Shown here in pieces: positions 20,519 to 30,314 of a stretch of 64,000 nucleotides of DNA. This DNA is from Halarcobacter sp. GTDB taxonomy: Bacteria; Campylobacterota; Campylobacteria; Campylobacterales; Arcobacteraceae. The stretch spans positions 3,136,001-3,200,000 of the forward strand of contig CP182352.1 of assembly GCA_048571215.1 (NCBI GenBank). Reading direction: 5' to 3'. The position numbers were made by a program, and so were the translations under genes. Every line of letters starts with the position of its first letter. The first letter of the stretch is position 1. The notes under the pieces are model-generated. The model searched no databases, was not told the origin of the DNA, and saw only the letters and a program-made list of their open reading frames with translations.

Positions 20519-21597
20519 ATTCTATTACCTTGGATTAGGATAACTGGGTCAGTTTTTGCGGCATTTAGTGCTGGAATTATTGAACCTAAAATTGACATGG
20601 CAATAGAGGTTACAAAGATATAAAGAGCTAAAATAGTTGATATTTCTCCATTTACATAGCCTTGCAGGTGAGTAGAGTTTTTTATAAAGTATAAAATAAT
20701 ATGTGAAAGAAAAAATGAGCTAATAAAACTAAAAAATCCCAAAATAAAACTTTCAGTAATTATTTGAAAAATAATCTTTCTCATAGGAATACCAAGTGCT
20801 CTTTTTATACCAAACTCATCTTTCCTTTGGTTTATAGTGATACTCATAATACTTACAATTGAGAGTAAACCCATGCAAAATGCGATAAATGAAATAGTAT
20901 TTGATGAGGTTTTGATTATCTTAAATTGATTGTAGTTATCCACAAAGTTTTCAGTACTTTTTACCTCAATTTTAGAACTAAGCTTACTAATACTTTTTTT
21001 GATATCTTCCATATTTGTATTTAAATCTGTATTTACCATAAGCATCGAGGCACTTTTATTAAAAATCTCTCCCGCATCTTGGATATTTAAAACAACTCCT
21101 CCATTTTCAAAACCAATAGAGCTTTCAAAAACTCCTGAAATCTGAAAAGTTTTATTTGCTATATCTATTTGTTTTTTGTTTTTTAGTTGATTATATATAG
21201 TCTTACCAACCAAAGCTTGGTTTTTATTCGGATAAGAGTTTGAGATAAGTTTGTAGTTTTTAAACCTATTTTTACTAACCCCATAAATTGCAACTATAGG
21301 TAAAGACTCAACAGGTGAAGCACCTACAATAATAGCAGATGACTCTTTTACTCCATCTATTTGATTTATTTTTTTAAGTAAGTTTATATCTACATTTGAA
21401 AAGAATGTATCAGAGATTTTTGCTTGGGTTATTATCAAATCCCCATCACTTTTTAACATATTTGAATACATCCCAATAATTCCATTTGAGATAGAACTTA
21501 TTAAAAATATTGAGCTTATAGAAAATATGATACTAAGATAGATAAGTGTTGTTTTTAATCTATTTGCATTTAATGCTTTTAAGGCGATTGAAACCAA
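20515..21597 (-). CDS. ABC transporter permease (MacB/FtsX-like)
   Basis: 1+3 TM topology, QRKDEFGIKRALG, IPALNAAKTDP; TTG start. Confidence 0.9.
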   Translation of the reverse strand: MVSIALKALNANRLKTTLIYLSIIFSISSIFLISSISNGIIGMYSNMLKSDGDLIITQAKISDTFFSNVDINLLKKINQIDGVKESSAIIVGASPVESLPIVAIYGVSKNRFKNYKLISNSYPNKNQALVGKTIYNQLKNKKQIDIANKTFQISGVFESSIGFENGGVVLNIQDAGEIFNKSASMLMVNTDLNTNMEDIKKSISKLSSKIEVKSTENFVDNYNQFKIIKTSSNTISFIAFCMGLLSIVSIMSITINQRKDEFGIKRALGIPMRKIIFQIITESFILGFFSFISSFFLSHIILYFIKNSTHLQGYVNGEISTILALYIFVTSIAMSILGSIIPALNAAKTDPVILIQGNRI

Positions 21598-21638
21598 AAA
21601 AATTCCTTATTATAATTTAAAGAATTTTATTTGGTTTT

Positions 21639-21666
21639 TATGAAACCTTTATGAATAAAATATGAA
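21639..21666 (-). promoter_or_regulatory. Triple TTCATA direct repeat (11-bp period)
   Basis: TATGAA on + strand at 21639, 21650 and 21661, upstream of the ABC permease operon. Confidence 0.5.
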
Positions 21667-21686
21667 TAAAAATTCATATTCAAAAA

Positions 21687-23645
21687 TTATTCATCTTTTT
21701 TTAAATACCAAGCATTTAAATCTTCTGCTAAATGTTGAGTATTAGCACTTCTTATATAGAAGTTTTCATTTTTATAAGTTTTTATCAGAACAGCTTTTTT
21801 GAAAGATAGAAATGGATAACCATAGGCTTTAAAAAAGCTATTTAGTTTTAAGTCAATCTCTTTTATCTCACTAATATCTTTTTTATCAATACTAATAAAG
21901 TTTGAGCCCAATAGATTTATTTTGTCTTTTAAGACCTCAATCTTTGAAATAAATTTTCTAAAAAGTTTTGAAAAAACAATTAAAAAGATGGCTAGATATA
22001 TTATAAAACTTACAAAATCAAATAAATAAACCCATATACCTTCAAGACTTAGAAAATAATTTTGATTATTTAAAATATATACAGATAAAAAGTATTGAAG
22101 CCATTGGGTAATAATTTCTGCAATAAAAAAACAGCATATAAAAATGATAAAAGAGATAAATCTATTTGATATACGTCTTGAGAATATAATCTCTCTTGGG
22201 GTATAAGAGATACCTTTACTTTTCTTAAGAAATTGTGCATATTTAAAATAAATTATAATAAATAAGATAGTATAAATTATATCAAATATGATTCTATCAT
22301 ATGGGAAAAAGTAGTAATCTTTATAAACATATAGATACATATTATTGTCAATAAAAGTACTATTAATAGTTTTTTTATAATCATCTATAGATATAGATTT
22401 AAAAATCTTATATGGGCTTTGTGTAAAATTTTTATTAAAATAATGGATATATTCTATATCATTTATCAAACCTAATAAGTTCTTGGTATCATGTTCTTGA
22501 TTGAGAAAAAATAGTTCAAAATCACTTAATGCCTTTTCTATTTGAACTGTAGATATATTTTGTGTCTTTTTAAAAAACATATCTTTTACAAAAAGTATAT
22601 TTTTTTCAAACTCTTTATGCAAAGAATCAAAACTCACACCAGCGATTGCAGCATCTTTTTTGCTAAAATAGAAATTATTTACAGTATAGGTTTCACCTTG
22701 AGTATTTCTAAGGACTCTTTGTATCTGCTTTTCTAGAAAACTTATATAGCTATCTAAAATAACATATTTTTTATAGTCTTTATCAATATACTTTACTCCA
22801 ATATAAGCATAGTTTTTATCAGCTCCTCCTACTAAAATCGTTTTAAATGGTTTATTGTTTAATTTAGCTTCTTTTTGTAAAGCTTTTGTAGTTAATGAAC
22901 CCTCTTTTTTTATTTTGCCAAAACTGTTTGCAATTGTTGATTTCATCTTTTCAAGCTTAAAATTCCCTGCAATCTTTAAAATGATATTTGAAGGGTAGTA
23001 ATAGTTGTTGTAATATTTTAATACATCATCTAAGGTAAAAATTTGATTGTTTATTTGTTCATAATATCTATCTATGTCATCCTTTTCATTTTTTAAATTA
23101 AAGTCTTTTTCATAAAAGTTGTATTTTTTAGGGAATAAATCATCAATCTTTTTTAAGGACATAGTTAAGTGTGAGATAAAATTCACTTCACCAATCTCAA
23201 TTTGTAAAGCATTTTTTTCTATATCTAGATCAGTGTCATCAACTTTTTTATCAAAAATCATTTTATTAAAAGTTTTTACAAGCCAATAACTTTTTTTAGA
23301 ATCTATTGTTGCACTATATTCTGTAATATCTTCCATTGTTCTTCCATTAACAGAAGTGGCTCCTTCATCAATAATATAATCATAATAATCTCTATGGGGA
23401 ACTCTTTTATCTCTAAACACTAAGTGTTCAACTAAGTGGGCAATTCCTGCATTTTTTTTATCTTCAATTTTACTTCCAAGTCCAACTTCAATTTTTATTG
23501 ATACATTTTCACTTTTTTCATCTTCAAGTAAATAAACCTTTAGACCATTTTCTAGCGTATAAAATTTTATATTTTTATATGGGTCTATATCTTGGGTTGA
23601 ATATAAAAATGTCATTAGTGTTAAAAAAAGAAAAAATTGCTTCAA
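21687..23645 (-). CDS. M16 (insulinase) family zinc peptidase with C-terminal membrane domain
   Basis: Signal peptide, TLENGLKV, GIAHLVEHL (HxxEH), YYPSNIIL; three TM segments near the C-terminus. Confidence 0.85.
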   Translation of the reverse strand: MKQFFLFLTLMTFLYSTQDIDPYKNIKFYTLENGLKVYLLEDEKSENVSIKIEVGLGSKIEDKKNAGIAHLVEHLVFRDKRVPHRDYYDYIIDEGATSVNGRTMEDITEYSATIDSKKSYWLVKTFNKMIFDKKVDDTDLDIEKNALQIEIGEVNFISHLTMSLKKIDDLFPKKYNFYEKDFNLKNEKDDIDRYYEQINNQIFTLDDVLKYYNNYYYPSNIILKIAGNFKLEKMKSTIANSFGKIKKEGSLTTKALQKEAKLNNKPFKTILVGGADKNYAYIGVKYIDKDYKKYVILDSYISFLEKQIQRVLRNTQGETYTVNNFYFSKKDAAIAGVSFDSLHKEFEKNILFVKDMFFKKTQNISTVQIEKALSDFELFFLNQEHDTKNLLGLINDIEYIHYFNKNFTQSPYKIFKSISIDDYKKTINSTFIDNNMYLYVYKDYYFFPYDRIIFDIIYTILFIIIYFKYAQFLKKSKGISYTPREIIFSRRISNRFISFIIFICCFFIAEIITQWLQYFLSVYILNNQNYFLSLEGIWVYLFDFVSFIIYLAIFLIVFSKLFRKFISKIEVLKDKINLLGSNFISIDKKDISEIKEIDLKLNSFFKAYGYPFLSFKKAVLIKTYKNENFYIRSANTQHLAEDLNAWYLKKDE

Positions 23646-23721
23646 TTATACTCCTATAATAAAACTAGATTATATAATAAGTTAGATTATATACAAGAAA
23701 AGACAAAAATTTGTAATTATT

Positions 23722-23749
23722 TTCATATTCTGTTCACATATTATTCATA
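23722..23749 (+). promoter_or_regulatory. Triple TTCAYA direct repeat (11-bp period)
   Basis: TTCATA 23722, TTCACA 23733, TTCATA 23744 upstream of the cytochrome c/FccB operon. Confidence 0.5.
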
Positions 23750-23790
23750 TAAGTATTATAAATTTATAACACAATTGTAAGGAGGAGAAG

Positions 23791-24747
23791 ATGTATAAAC
23801 AGGTAAACAATAAAATACATGCTATTAGTAGTGTATTGTTTTTAAGTATCGTGTTTGTTGGTTGTGGGGGTGGTGGAGGCTCATCCTCTTTAGGAACAAC
23901 TACATTATCGGGATTAGTTCCTGGTACACTGATTGAAGCATTTTGTAAAGATGGGAGTTATTACAAAGTCAATTCAAAAAATAATGGTACAAGTAATCAC
24001 CCTTTTGAACTAGAGTTACCAAAAAATTTAGATTGTAAACTAGTTATGACAACGAATGAAAATGATCCAGATATAACAAAAAGAATAGTTACACCAATAC
24101 AATTAAGTGATGGAACTACAACTTCTACTTATTTTAATCTTGAAGATAATGTAGATATTGGTTATGTTGGTTTGGCTACAACTGGGCAAGGGATTCAACC
24201 TTTAGTTACTATTGCTGTTCATGAAAATAAATTAAAAGTAAATAAATATACTTATGACCCAATGGATTCAGATAATGATGGAATACCAAATGTTTATGAA
24301 GATGATGATCATGATGGTAAATATAATAAAGATGACGATGATGATGACAATGATGGGATAAAAGATAAAGATGATAATCAACAAAAAGATGATATCGATG
24401 GTGATGGAATAAAAAATGAGTATGATAAAGATGCTTATAATGGAGATAAAGAATTAGAAGAAGAGTCGTCTCATGGAAATAATCCTAGCTCAAATAATAC
24501 GGGAAGTATAACACTTCCAAGTACTTATAGTGAAAATGCGGGAAGATTATTAAGTTCTCAGTGTTATCAATGTCATGGTACAAATGGGGTTTCAACTAAT
24601 AGTTGGGATAGCATAGCAGGTGAAAATGAGTTAGATGAGATGTTTGGGGAAGATGAAATAATGGATGCACAAGCACATGGATATACTAGCCCTGAGATAA
24701 ATTTAATAGGTAGTTGGCTTAAAACACTTCCTAAAAATAAAAATTAA
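23791..24747 (+). CDS. Lipoprotein with Asp-rich Ca-binding-like repeats and C-terminal monoheme cytochrome c (FccA-like)
   Basis: Lipobox FVGC followed by GGGGGSS; DSDNDG/DDDHDG/DDDNDG/DIDGDG; GRLLSSQCYQCHGTNG...IMDAQAHGY. Confidence 0.8.
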   Translation: MYKQVNNKIHAISSVLFLSIVFVGCGGGGGSSSLGTTTLSGLVPGTLIEAFCKDGSYYKVNSKNNGTSNHPFELELPKNLDCKLVMTTNENDPDITKRIVTPIQLSDGTTTSTYFNLEDNVDIGYVGLATTGQGIQPLVTIAVHENKLKVNKYTYDPMDSDNDGIPNVYEDDDHDGKYNKDDDDDDNDGIKDKDDNQQKDDIDGDGIKNEYDKDAYNGDKELEEESSHGNNPSSNNTGSITLPSTYSENAGRLLSSQCYQCHGTNGVSTNSWDSIAGENELDEMFGEDEIMDAQAHGYTSPEINLIGSWLKTLPKNKN

Positions 24748-24757
24748 AAGGAAAGTT

Positions 24758-26017
24758 ATGAATTCAATATTATCAAGAAGAGATTTTCTTAAATTTCTTG
24801 GAGTTGCAACTTTACTTTCTTTTTCAAGTAAAGAATTAAAAGCAGCTACAGTGCCACATATAGTGGTAGTAGGTGGAGGTTTCTCGGGAGCAACTTGTGC
24901 AAAATATTTAAAAATGTGGGGAGGGTCTAGTGTTGATGTAACTATCATCGAAACAAACTCCACTTATGTATCTCCAATCTTAAGTAATTTGGTGCTAAAT
25001 GGTAAAAAAACCACAGCAGATTTATCTTTTACTTATGTTGATTATTCAAGTAAATATAAAATTAATATGATTCATAAAGAGGTGTCTAGTGTTGATAGTA
25101 CAAATAAAACAGTAACCTTAAATGACAACTCTGTCGTTAATTATGATAAATTAGTTTTAGCTTCAGGAATCGATTTTATTAAAGTAAATGCTTATGATAC
25201 GACTATTATTCCTCATGCTTGGAAAGCAGGGGAGCAAACAAATATCTTAAAAACACAAATTGATTCTATGCTTGATGGAGATACCTTTGTAATGTCAATA
25301 CCAAAATCTCCATATAGATGTCCCCCTGGACCATATGAAAGAGCTTGTGTTGTATCTGATTATTTAAAGAATACAAAAGGGTATTCAAATTGTAAGGTTA
25401 TTGTTTTAGATGAGAATTCAAAGATAATAGTTGAAGAGAATACTTTTAGCACAGTATTTACACAAAATGGGGTAGATTATCGACCAAATAGTGTAGTTAC
25501 AAATGTAGATGATAGTGCAAAAAGTATAGCCTTTAGTGAAAATGGAACAGCAAAAACTCTAAATGCTGAGGTTATTAATGTGATACCAAATCAAAAAGCA
25601 GCTTCTATTGTTTTCACAGCAGGTGTGAACAGTGGTAATTGGGCTCCTGTAAATCCTCTAAGTTATGAATCAACTATTAAGAGTGATATTCATATTATAG
25701 GAGATTCACAAGGTACAGGACAGCCAAAAGCTGGACATATTGGTAATTCTGAAGCAAAAATTTGTGCAGATGCAATTTTAAGAGTTTTAAATGGTATTGC
25801 ACCATATGACCAACCAAAAACAAATTCAGCTTGTTATAGTCCAACTTCTTCAAATCAAGCTTCGTGGTTAACAGCTGTTTATAAATATGATTCTGCAAGT
25901 AAATCTATGGTTTCAGCAAATAGAAAAGTGTATCCTGCAGCTGGAAGTCCAAGTTCATCAAACTATAATAAGATGTTTTTATGGGCTGGAAATCTTTTCT
26001 CTGATACCTTCTCTTAA
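24758..26017 (+). CDS. fccB: Flavocytochrome c sulfide dehydrogenase, flavoprotein subunit
   Basis: Tat signal SRRDFLK, VVVGGGFSGA, HAWKAG, YRCPPGPYERA, IIGD, NSACYS. Confidence 0.88.
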   Translation: MNSILSRRDFLKFLGVATLLSFSSKELKAATVPHIVVVGGGFSGATCAKYLKMWGGSSVDVTIIETNSTYVSPILSNLVLNGKKTTADLSFTYVDYSSKYKINMIHKEVSSVDSTNKTVTLNDNSVVNYDKLVLASGIDFIKVNAYDTTIIPHAWKAGEQTNILKTQIDSMLDGDTFVMSIPKSPYRCPPGPYERACVVSDYLKNTKGYSNCKVIVLDENSKIIVEENTFSTVFTQNGVDYRPNSVVTNVDDSAKSIAFSENGTAKTLNAEVINVIPNQKAASIVFTAGVNSGNWAPVNPLSYESTIKSDIHIIGDSQGTGQPKAGHIGNSEAKICADAILRVLNGIAPYDQPKTNSACYSPTSSNQASWLTAVYKYDSASKSMVSANRKVYPAAGSPSSSNYNKMFLWAGNLFSDTFS

Positions 26018-26029
26018 GAAGGCTCAGAG

Positions 26030-26947
26030 TTAAAAAATAGAAAAACCTGTTTTTGTAGTAAATAGTTCTAGAGCTTTTGTTCCAACCAAAGAGTTGCCTT
26101 GTTTATTCAATTTTGGGGAATAAACACAAAGGGCCATTTTTTTTGGAACAACAGCTACTATCCCACCTCCAACTCCACTTTTACCAGGAAGTCCAACCTT
26201 AAAAGCAAAATCTCCAGAGGCATCATAGTGTCCACAAGTTAGCATAAGGGAATTTATCCTTTTTGCTTGGGGTGCACTTACTATCTCTTCATTAGTAAGG
26301 GGATTTACTCCATGGTTTGCAAGATATAACATAGAGTTTGCCAACTGTTTAGTATTCATCATAATTGAACATTGTTTAAAATAGCTTTGGATAACTAAGT
26401 CTATATCATTTTCAATATTGTTAAAGCTTTTCATCATATTTATAAGTGCAAAATTTCTATATCCATGGCTAAGTTCTGATTCAAAAATCTCTTCATCAAA
26501 GCTTAGATTAGGAGTATTTGAGATTTTTTTAATAAATTTAAATATTTCATTAAAGGTATCTTCTTTATATCTTGATACTAAAGAATCAGTTGTTACAATA
26601 GCACCTGCGTTGATAAAAGGGTTTCTTGGTATCCCTTTTTCATACTCCAATTGAACCAAAGAGTTAAAAGGATTTCCAGAAGGTTCATGACCAACTCTTT
26701 TATAAAGTTTTTTACTATAACTTAAAAGGGCAAGGGTAAAGGTAAATACTTTTGATATACTTTGTATAGAAAAAAGCTTATCGCTACAACCTATATGATA
26801 CTCTTGTTTATCAAGTGTAATAATACTCATAGCAAAATCAGAACCATCAGCTAAAGCTAATTTAGGGATATAATTAGCCAATTGCCCTTTTTTGAAATAT
26901 ACTTGAATCTCTTCTTCAATCTCTTTTAAAATATTGTTAAAATCCAT
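26030..26947 (-). CDS. glsA: Glutaminase
   Basis: FSIQSISK, EPSGNPFNS, NPFINAGA, PGKSGVGGG. Confidence 0.95.
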   Translation of the reverse strand: MDFNNILKEIEEEIQVYFKKGQLANYIPKLALADGSDFAMSIITLDKQEYHIGCSDKLFSIQSISKVFTFTLALLSYSKKLYKRVGHEPSGNPFNSLVQLEYEKGIPRNPFINAGAIVTTDSLVSRYKEDTFNEIFKFIKKISNTPNLSFDEEIFESELSHGYRNFALINMMKSFNNIENDIDLVIQSYFKQCSIMMNTKQLANSMLYLANHGVNPLTNEEIVSAPQAKRINSLMLTCGHYDASGDFAFKVGLPGKSGVGGGIVAVVPKKMALCVYSPKLNKQGNSLVGTKALELFTTKTGFSIF

Positions 26948-27193
26948 ATTTATTCTTTTTTATTTTTTGTAGTATTCTAACGAAATTATAAGAAAAATAA
27001 AAAATTTGAAAGTGCTTTTTGTGAGATGGCTAATATTGCTAGTCAAAGATACTTAATATTATTGATGCCAAATTGAAACTTTCTATTATTTGTACCTTAA
27101 ATTAAGCAAAGTTTTAGTATAATCCGCGAAATATAATGAAGCTTCTATTTTTAATAGAGTGTTTCAATCAAAATTAATACTTAAAGAGAATAA

Positions 27194-29008
27194 ATGAGAG
27201 ATATACGAAACATCGCCGTAATCGCACACGTTGACCACGGTAAAACAACACTTGTAGATGAGTTGTTAAAGCAATCAGGAACTTTTTCTGCTCACCAAGA
27301 AGTAGATGAAAGAGTAATGGATAGTAATGACATTGAAAAAGAAAGAGGTATTACAATCCTTTCTAAAAATACTGCTATTGATTACAATGATGTAAGAATT
27401 AATATTATCGACACTCCAGGCCATGCAGATTTTGGTGGAGAGGTTGAGAGGGTTTTAAAAATGGTTGATTCCGTTTTACTTCTTGTTGATGCACAAGAGG
27501 GTGTTATGCCTCAAACTAAATTTGTTGTGAAAAAAGCTTTACAATTAGGTCATAGACCAATTGTTGTTATCAACAAAATTGATAAACCAGGTGGAGACCC
27601 AGATAGAGTTGTTGATGAAGTATTTGACCTATTTGACCAAATGGGTGCAACTGAAGAACAACTTGAGTTCCCTGTTGTTTATGCAGCAGCAAGAGATGGA
27701 TATGCGAAACTTGCTTTAGAAGATGAAAACAAAGATTTAATTCCATTATTTGAAACAATTTTAACAGAGGTTCCAAAGCCAGTTGGTGATGATGAAAATG
27801 GTCTTCAACTTCAAGTATTTACACTTGACTATGATAACTTTATTGGAAAGATTGGAATCGCAAGAATCTTTAACGGAACAATCTCTATGGGTGAAACTGT
27901 ATTATTAGTTAAAGCAGATGGTGAAAAAATCAGAGGTAGAGTAACTAAACTTATTGGTTTTAAAGGTGTTGATAGATTTGATATTAAAATTGCAGGAACT
28001 GGTGATATTGTTGCTGTTGCTGGTTTTGAAACTATTGATGTAGGGGATTCACTTTGTGACCCAACAAACCCAATGCCACTTGATCCAATGCATATTGAAG
28101 AACCAACATTATCTGTAACATTTGCAGTAAATGATTCTCCATTAGCGGGAACTGAAGGTAAATTTGTAACTTCAAATAAGATTGACGAAAGACTAAGAGC
28201 TGAGATGAATACTAATATTGCTATGAATTATGAGCAAATTGGTGAGGGTAAATTTAAAGTAAACGGTAGGGGTGAACTTCAAATTTGTATTTTAGCAGAA
28301 AATATGAGAAGAGAAGGTTTTGAGTTTTCTATTGGTAGACCTGAGGTTATTACAAAAGAGGAAGATGGTATTAAGTTAGAGCCATTTGAGCATTTAGTAA
28401 TAGATACACCAGATGATTATACCGGTGCTATTATTGAAAAACTTGGAAAAAGAAAAGCCAATATGACAAATATGGTACCAATGGGTTCAGGTTATACAAG
28501 ACTTGAGTTTGAAATCCCAGCAAGGGGACTTATTGGTATTAGAACTGAGTTCTTAACTGAAACAAAAGGTGAGGGTGTTATGAACCACTCATTCTTAGAG
28601 TTTAGACCACATTCTGGGACAGTTGAGTCAAGAAAATATGGAGCTTTAGTTTCTATGGAAAATGGTGAAGCTGTAGGTTATTCTATTTTTAACTTACAAG
28701 ATAGAGGTGTAATGTTTGTTAAACCTCAAGATAAGGTTTATAACGGAATGGTGATTGGACAACACTCTAAATCTAACGACTTAGATGTTAACCCAATTAA
28801 GGCTAAGCAACAATCTAACGTTAGATCTTCTGGGGCAGATGAGGCTATTAAGCTTGTTCCACCAAGAGTGATGTCCTTAGAGAATGCTTTAGAGTGGATT
28901 GAAGATGATGAGTTAGTTGAAGTTACACCTGTCTCGATTAGGGTAAGAAAAAGAGAACTTGATCCAACAGCAAGAAAAAGAACAGCAAAAAAGGCTAAAT
29001 ACGAATAA
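27194..29008 (+). CDS. typA: Translational GTPase TypA/BipA
   Basis: [44 protein letters not shown]-terminal [11 protein letters not shown]; 604 aa. Confidence 0.98.
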   Translation: MRDIRNIAVIAHVDHGKTTLVDELLKQSGTFSAHQEVDERVMDSNDIEKERGITILSKNTAIDYNDVRINIIDTPGHADFGGEVERVLKMVDSVLLLVDAQEGVMPQTKFVVKKALQLGHRPIVVINKIDKPGGDPDRVVDEVFDLFDQMGATEEQLEFPVVYAAARDGYAKLALEDENKDLIPLFETILTEVPKPVGDDENGLQLQVFTLDYDNFIGKIGIARIFNGTISMGETVLLVKADGEKIRGRVTKLIGFKGVDRFDIKIAGTGDIVAVAGFETIDVGDSLCDPTNPMPLDPMHIEEPTLSVTFAVNDSPLAGTEGKFVTSNKIDERLRAEMNTNIAMNYEQIGEGKFKVNGRGELQICILAENMRREGFEFSIGRPEVITKEEDGIKLEPFEHLVIDTPDDYTGAIIEKLGKRKANMTNMVPMGSGYTRLEFEIPARGLIGIRTEFLTETKGEGVMNHSFLEFRPHSGTVESRKYGALVSMENGEAVGYSIFNLQDRGVMFVKPQDKVYNGMVIGQHSKSNDLDVNPIKAKQQSNVRSSGADEAIKLVPPRVMSLENALEWIEDDELVEVTPVSIRVRKRELDPTARKRTAKKAKYE

Positions 29009-29034
29009 AATTTAATAAAATTAGATTTTATTTG

Positions 29035-29068
29035 AGGGGAAGAGCTTTTTTGCTCTTCCCCTTTTTTT
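29035..29068 (+). terminator. Rho-independent terminator of typA
   Basis: AGGGGAAGAGC-tttttt-GCTCTTCCCCT followed by a T run. Confidence 0.88.
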
Positions 29069-29194
29069 ATGCCAAAAATTTAGATTAAGGAAAATATTTG
29101 AAGTCCGATGTTTCTAAGAGGATAAACAAAAAAAGATTTAAAACAAAAAAATTAAAATAGGAGAATTTTTTCTCCTATTACAAGGGAGAAAAAA

Positions 29195-29290
29195 ATGAAT
29201 AATATAAATACAAATATAAATGATTATTTGATTGTAATTGCAATATATTTTATTACTATTGCAACTAGTTTCATAGTAATAACTAATTAA
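29195..29290 (+). CDS. Small single-TM peptide (31 aa)
   Basis: AGGGAG SD then ATG; MNNINTNINDYLIVIAIYFITIATSFIVITN*; not in the ORF track. Confidence 0.45.
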   Translation: MNNINTNINDYLIVIAIYFITIATSFIVITN

Positions 29291-29299
29291 TCTAATCTA

Positions 29300-29327
29300 T
29301 TGCAATTTGACAAGTTTGTGTTATAAT
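29300..29327 (+). promoter_or_regulatory. Sigma70-type promoter candidate
   Basis: TTGCAA (29300), 16 bp spacer, TATAAT (29322) with extended TG at 29319. Confidence 0.45.
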
Positions 29328-29345
29328 AAATAAAAAGCGTTTATT

Positions 29346-30314
29346 ATGAAAAAAATATCTTTTCTTTTCTTTTTATTGTTTTTATTTTTTAGCTTTATAA
29401 AAGCAGAAAATATTATTGTAAAGAAAAAGATATTTTATATCAACTCCTATCATTCTGGGCTTTATTGGAGTGATGGGGTTGAAAAAAGTATAAAAAGTAC
29501 ACTTTTTAAATCTAACTTACCCATTGAGTTCAAAAGAGCCGAAATGGACTCTAAAAGAAATAATAATGATGCCTATAAAATAAAAATAGCTAAAAAAATC
29601 AAAAATCAAATTGAAAACTTTAAACCTGACGTGATTATTGCTTCTGATGATAATGCTATTAAATATGTTATTTTACCCTATTTTAGAGATTCAACTATTC
29701 CAATTATTTTTTGCGGTATAAATGGCACTATAAAGAAGTATGAACAACTACCTAGTAATATAACTGGTATGGAAGAGGTCCAGCTTGTCCCTCAACTAGT
29801 TGATACTTTAAAGAAATATACGAAGGGGACGAGAATAGGTAGTTTAGATGATGATTCATTTAGTGTCAAATCACAGAATCAATTTTTTGAAAAACAATTA
29901 AATCAAAAAATTACTAAAATGTATGCAAAAACAATAAAAGAATGGAAAAAGAATTTTATATATTTACAAAATAATGTAGATATTTTATTACTTGGGAATA
30001 GTGGAGCTTTAGTAAATTGGGATAAAAATAAAGAGGAGTTAAAAGATTTTGTCAAAAAGGAGACTAAAATACCATCTGCTGCTTGGGATATTACTTTAAA
30101 TAATTTTGCTTTGCTAATTTTTGCTAATAAGCCTGAAGAGCAAGGTGAGTGGGTGGCAAATACAGCTCTTAGAGTTCTAAAGGGTGAAAATATAAAAAAT
30201 ATACCAATAGTTGTAAATAAAAAAGCAAATATTTATATAAATACAACTTTAGCAAAAAAGCTTAATATAGTTTTCCCTTTTGAATTAATAGATAATGGGG
30301 TATTAATAAAATGA
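29346..30314 (+). CDS. Periplasmic ABC-type substrate-binding (sensor) protein
   Basis: Signal peptide, INSYHSG..WS, MDSKRN, PDVIIASDDNA, PIIFCGIN, EQGE; no permease or ATPase beside it. Confidence 0.8.
   Translation: MKKISFLFFLLFLFFSFIKAENIIVKKKIFYINSYHSGLYWSDGVEKSIKSTLFKSNLPIEFKRAEMDSKRNNNDAYKIKIAKKIKNQIENFKPDVIIASDDNAIKYVILPYFRDSTIPIIFCGINGTIKKYEQLPSNITGMEEVQLVPQLVDTLKKYTKGTRIGSLDDDSFSVKSQNQFFEKQLNQKITKMYAKTIKEWKKNFIYLQNNVDILLLGNSGALVNWDKNKEELKDFVKKETKIPSAAWDITLNNFALLIFANKPEEQGEWVANTALRVLKGENIKNIPIVVNKKANIYINTTLAKKLNIVFPFELIDNGVLIK

Noticed and set aside
19895..21597. This ABC pair as the missing ATPase of the TolC cluster
   Set aside because: LolD/MacB type rather than HlyB type, about 14 kb away and in its own operon
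29237..29306. Three ATTGCAA copies as an operator
   Set aside because: Two are Ile-Ala codons of the small ORF and one overlaps the -35 candidate; weak evidence in AT-rich DNA
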